Below are positions 60,209 to 64,000 of a stretch of 64,000 nucleotides of DNA, in pieces (the stretch's first letter is position 1; each line of letters starts with the position of its first letter). The notes beneath the pieces were generated by a model, which was not told the DNA's origin, did not search any database, and was given only the letters and a program-made list of their open reading frames with translations. The stretch is from Torpedo marmorata (Eukaryota): assembly GCA_977017645.1 (NCBI GenBank), contig OZ360221.1, forward strand, positions 80,166,001-80,230,000, in the 5' to 3' direction. The position numbers were made by a program, and so were the translations under genes.

Positions 60209-60841
60209 TCTTGGTGGCATGATTAATCTTGTGGGTTTGGGAAAGACAGTTGGAGTAGTCTGGTCAAATAACTACTGGTCAAGTATTTTGTAGGCCATCA
60301 CACTGTACTCATTGTATACTCATGGTGAAGATAATGAATATTTTGTATTCTGATAGACATCCCCAGCTGTTTGAGGTAATGACTGCGATTCCATCAGGAC
60401 GGGAGCAACTTTGACATGTTACAGTTCAGTGCTTTGGTTAATGCTGGTCAATGTAATACATTGGTGACCACAACAGCGTCTCCTTCATTTTAGGGATACA
60501 AAACACAGTTCTGGTATTCATCGTGCAGAATGTTTGCATTCAATCTGAAAATTAGCCTTGACCTTCCAGTTGCCTGCCACAAAATTTCTCCATCCCACTC
60601 TGACTTTGGCCCCACTACTATCCCAACAAAAACCAAAGTAAACTCAAAGAGAAGTAACTCATCAGCACTCAAGGCAGATTACAACCCTTTATATTGAACT
60701 CAGTAATTTCAAATAAACATGTTAGTCAGAACAGGGCAGTTCTGATTTTAGGTCATCAATTCTCTCGATATATTTCATCAATTCTCTCGATATATTTCTC
60801 TGCTACTCTCTCCGCTTCTCTCGATATGTACTCACTCATGC

Positions 60842-61203
60842 TTTTTTTTAAAAAATATTTTATTTAACATTTTAAATCACACTATAATACATGTTTATAA
60901 AATACAAAATTATCAAAATACATGTGATATATTTTCACCTTTCTCTCCCTTCCCCCTCCCTAACCCACCCATCCCCTCTATTCTACTAAAAAAAGAAAAG
61001 AAAAAAAGAATAGAGTGTGGAGAATGTCATTCTAAAAGAAACAACTATAGATTAATTTTATTGTGGAACACAGGTTCGCCAGTCAGACCCGATATCAAGA
61101 GATCTTCAAATCCTTAAACCCACAGTTTTTGTATATGGGCTCCATACCTTCAAAAAGAAATGATATTTATTACGTAAATTATAACTACTTTTTTCAAGTG
61201 GTA
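60842..61203 (-). mobile_element. L1 family B 3' fragment
   Basis: Similar to 19874-20225 and to the reverse complement of 52620-52974. Confidence 0.88.
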
Positions 61204-61490
61204 CTCACAGTTAACACAGTTTTTCCTTTCTCCATACAGTATTTCCAGTATTCTTCTGATTTCTGCATCTCACAATTCCAGTATATTATTTTTTTCTCTC
61301 CTAACAGTCACCATTCATCTCCCAACTGGAAAACTCTGAAAGCATTGCATCATCTTCTAGACAACCTGCGACTTCACCCCATCACAGACATTCCTTTTGG
61401 TCACGCCACTCTCTGCACATTTTCTCACTTCTCCAATTCAGATGAAAGGTTATTGACGTGAGACATTGACCCCTTCTCTACTGTATCTCC

Positions 61491-62337
61491 TGTTATGGAC
61501 CATGACTGACCATTTGGACCGAGGACGGTCAGCAGGAAGGATGTCGTCTTTTGGAGTACACACTGAGACCAGGTACTGAAAGAGTTAACTTGCCCAGGAC
61601 TGGCTGTGCTCAGAGAAAGAGACACATAGAGGCTGTGGAAAGATACTTTGTTGCACTTTTGCAAAAGCAGGTGAAAACCTCTGCAACAAAAGCATTCAGT
61701 TTGGAGTTGCAAAAGGCTGGAGCAACACAGCAAAACCAGAGGCTTGTGCATTCCAGTGAAAAAGGCTGGGAGAATAGCACATGGCCTCCTGTATCAGCAA
61801 AATCCTGAGATAAAGCAACTTTCGTAGAGAACAGGCGCGAGATCAGCGAGACAGGCTGTGAGATCCAAGTACATGCCTCAATCAGTGGTATACTGATTTG
61901 GAACAGCAACCCTCGTGCACCTACCAAAAGGGAAAGTCATCAGGGAAGAAAAGCAGGCCAAGCATTCATAAGCTTAAACAGTCATTGTCTCTCTCTCCCC
62001 AACGTTCATAAAGAAGTCCTTCGTGCCAGCGCACAGAATTTGGACCCTGAATATAGAGAGTGATTTTTGTGAACTGTATTTTTGGGACTGACTTATTTTT
62101 ATCACTGACCTGGGGTTTTGGGGAAGGTTTTCCATTTTTACATGAGGGTTGGGCACAGACTGTAATGGTCTGGGCTTTACACACACACACTCTTCAGATA
62201 AGAATAGTGTTTATAGACGTTTATAGTGGGGTTAATTGGTAAGAAATTATATGTTTAATTGTCTTTAATAAATATAAATTTCAATTTTACCCCTTTTGCA
62301 TTGCGTTTTCTTTCGTTGCTGGTTTGAATTTGTAACA
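61491..62337 (+). repeat. Putative 5' LTR (~850 bp)
   Basis: TGTTA...TAACA ends, AATAAA near 62267, followed by a PBS. The 5' boundary is inferred because the partner LTR is outside the window. Confidence 0.7.
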
Positions 62338-62340
62338 AAT

Positions 62341-62354
62341 TGGGGGCTCGTCCG
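62341..62354 (+). other. Primer-binding site, tRNA-Pro
   Basis: TGGGGGCTCGTCCG is complementary to the tRNA-Pro 3' end. Confidence 0.88.
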
Positions 62355-62465
62355 AGGTTGAATCAAGCTACAGCTTGGTAAATGAAGGAATCCCAGTCTG
62401 GTTTAAGACATTCCTTTTGTAAAGCTAATTAAAAGCTAGTGCGTGTGTAATAAAAACCAGCAACA

Positions 62466-64000
62466 ATGGATGTAGAATTTTTTTTGGAATCACCTGAACC
62501 TGATACTTAAAAAAAGGCAAAAAAGGAACAGTTAGTAGCTATAGCAACAGAGTTGGGCATTGCTTCTGTAAAACCATCAATTAAAAAGGCGGAGATTGGG
62601 AGGAAAATTGCCAAATACTATATAAAAGGGAAAAAGTTAGAGGAGAGCACGTTAGAGCAGTAAACCTTCTGAAAACATACAGTTGGAACTAAAGAAATTG
62701 GAATTGGAATTGGAACAAAAGAAATTAGACAGGGAATTGGAACAAAATAAATTAGAGAGGGAATTGGAACAAAAGAGAATAGACTTGGAGGCAGCCAGAG
62801 AACAAATGAGATTAGAGAACGACGAAAAAAATTAGGCAATATGAGCTGGAAAAGATTAAGTTGGAAAATGAGAGGAGACAAAAAGAGCACCAAGATCAAA
62901 TTCGTGGTCCTGCTGAGAGGTTTTTGGCCAGTAGGGAAGTTAGGTTGGTTCCACCACTTGAGGAGGCAGAAATAGATAAGTACTTCCAGCATTTTGAAAA
63001 GGTGGCTGTGAAATTAAAATGGCCACAAGACCAATGGTCTCTTATGTTACAAAGTGTAATTAAAGGAAAAGCTCAGCAAGCTTATTCTACTCTTACCACG
63101 GAGCAAGCTGCTGATTATGAATCGGTGAAAAAGGCTATACTCCAGGCATATGTTAGTTCCAGAGGCTTATAGACAAGTTTAGAAATTTAAAAAGATCAGC
63201 AACCCAATCTTATACAGAGTTTGCCTATGAAAAAGTTGTGTGTTTTGACCGGTGGTACAAATCTAAGGTGGTAAACAATGATTACAATCAATTGAGAGAA
63301 TTGATAATAATTGAGGAGATAAAAAGGTGTGTTCCTGAGGATATTAATGCATACTGAGATGAAAAGGAGGTGAAAACTTGGCAAAATTCAACTAAGTTAG
63401 CAGATGAATATGCTTTAACCCACAAGCCTAAGTGGACGTCAGGCAGAATTTTCCAAAAGGGCACTGTGGATAATCCCAAGCAAGTGGACAGTAAATTTGG
63501 AAGTGGTGTTAAGGAAAGAGATGAAGGAAAGTGGAAAAGGGAAAACCCTTCGGATCCCATTTGCCACGACTGTAAGAAGGCTGGTCGTATGCTAGCAAGC
63601 TGTCCAGTGTTGAAAAAGAAGAGAGAAAAGGATGCAACACCTAATGCTTGTATTCAGAGTGAGAAGAGGCATAACACCCAGGAAGGAGACAAATTTACTG
63701 TCAAAGTTAGGGATGTATTTAAATCTTTTGTAACTGATGGTTTTGTTTCAGTTAAGGCAGGATCAAAGCAAGTTCCAGAGAAAATCTTGCGAGATCCTGG
63801 AGCTGCTCAGTCACTTGTGTTAGATAGTGTCTTGGAATTTTGTGAAGCCACTGACACCTGTGAAATGAATTTAATTAAAGGAATTGGGGGTGATGTTGAG
63901 TCCATTCCTTTGCACAAAATAGTGTTGAACTCAGCCTTGGTGGGACCTGTTATAATAAGAGTGAGATCAGAGTTGCCAGAAGAAGGAGTCTCACTGTTGC
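62466..64000 (+). pseudogene. Gag (SCAN-associated capsid, CCHC remnant) and protease of the Gmr1-type element
   Basis: VRLVPP...IDKYFQHFEKVA...WSLMLQSVIKGKAQQAY...YESVKKAILQAY..PEAYRQ; CHDCKKAG..LASC; ILRDPGA; many stops. Confidence 0.8.

Larger units (their letters stand above)
61491..64000 (+). mobile_element. Gypsy LTR element, Gmr1/SCAN-type, decayed, continues beyond the window
   Basis: Putative LTR TGTTA...TAACA, tRNA-Pro PBS, gag and protease remnants. Confidence 0.85.

Overview
Vertebrate genomic DNA that is mostly retroelement-derived. The repeat set (HER1/CR1-type LINEs, V-SINEs, Rex1/Babar, Penelope-like elements with the ...TGATGAAGGG...CCCGAAACG tail) suggests a cartilaginous fish, probably a ray or skate; this is inference. 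No intact host gene is visible. The only host-derived sequence is an intronless, frameshifted ferritin heavy-chain retrocopy that keeps a canonical iron-responsive element. The rest comprises three Gypsy LTR elements (Mag-like with a tRNA-Leu PBS, a young single-ORF element with no tRNA PBS, and a Gmr1/SCAN-type element with a tRNA-Pro PBS), a solo LTR, a full-length L1 with a second L1 nested in it, many CR1 and Rex1 fragments, a reconstructable full-length Penelope-like element inside a 16-kb nested stack, and hAT, Tc1 and pogo-type MITEs. Strongest candidates for novelty: (1) the young Gypsy has a PBS complementary to its own LTR, a Tf1-style self-priming geometry in an element with no chromodomain; (2) very short Penelope-tail insertions with target-site duplications, several carrying hammerhead-like motifs, including one inside that Gypsy's integrase and one fold-back composite; (3) a YY1/ETS motif cluster inside the Gypsy gag-protease linker. 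All coordinates and alignments were read by eye, and boundaries of old fragments are approximate.
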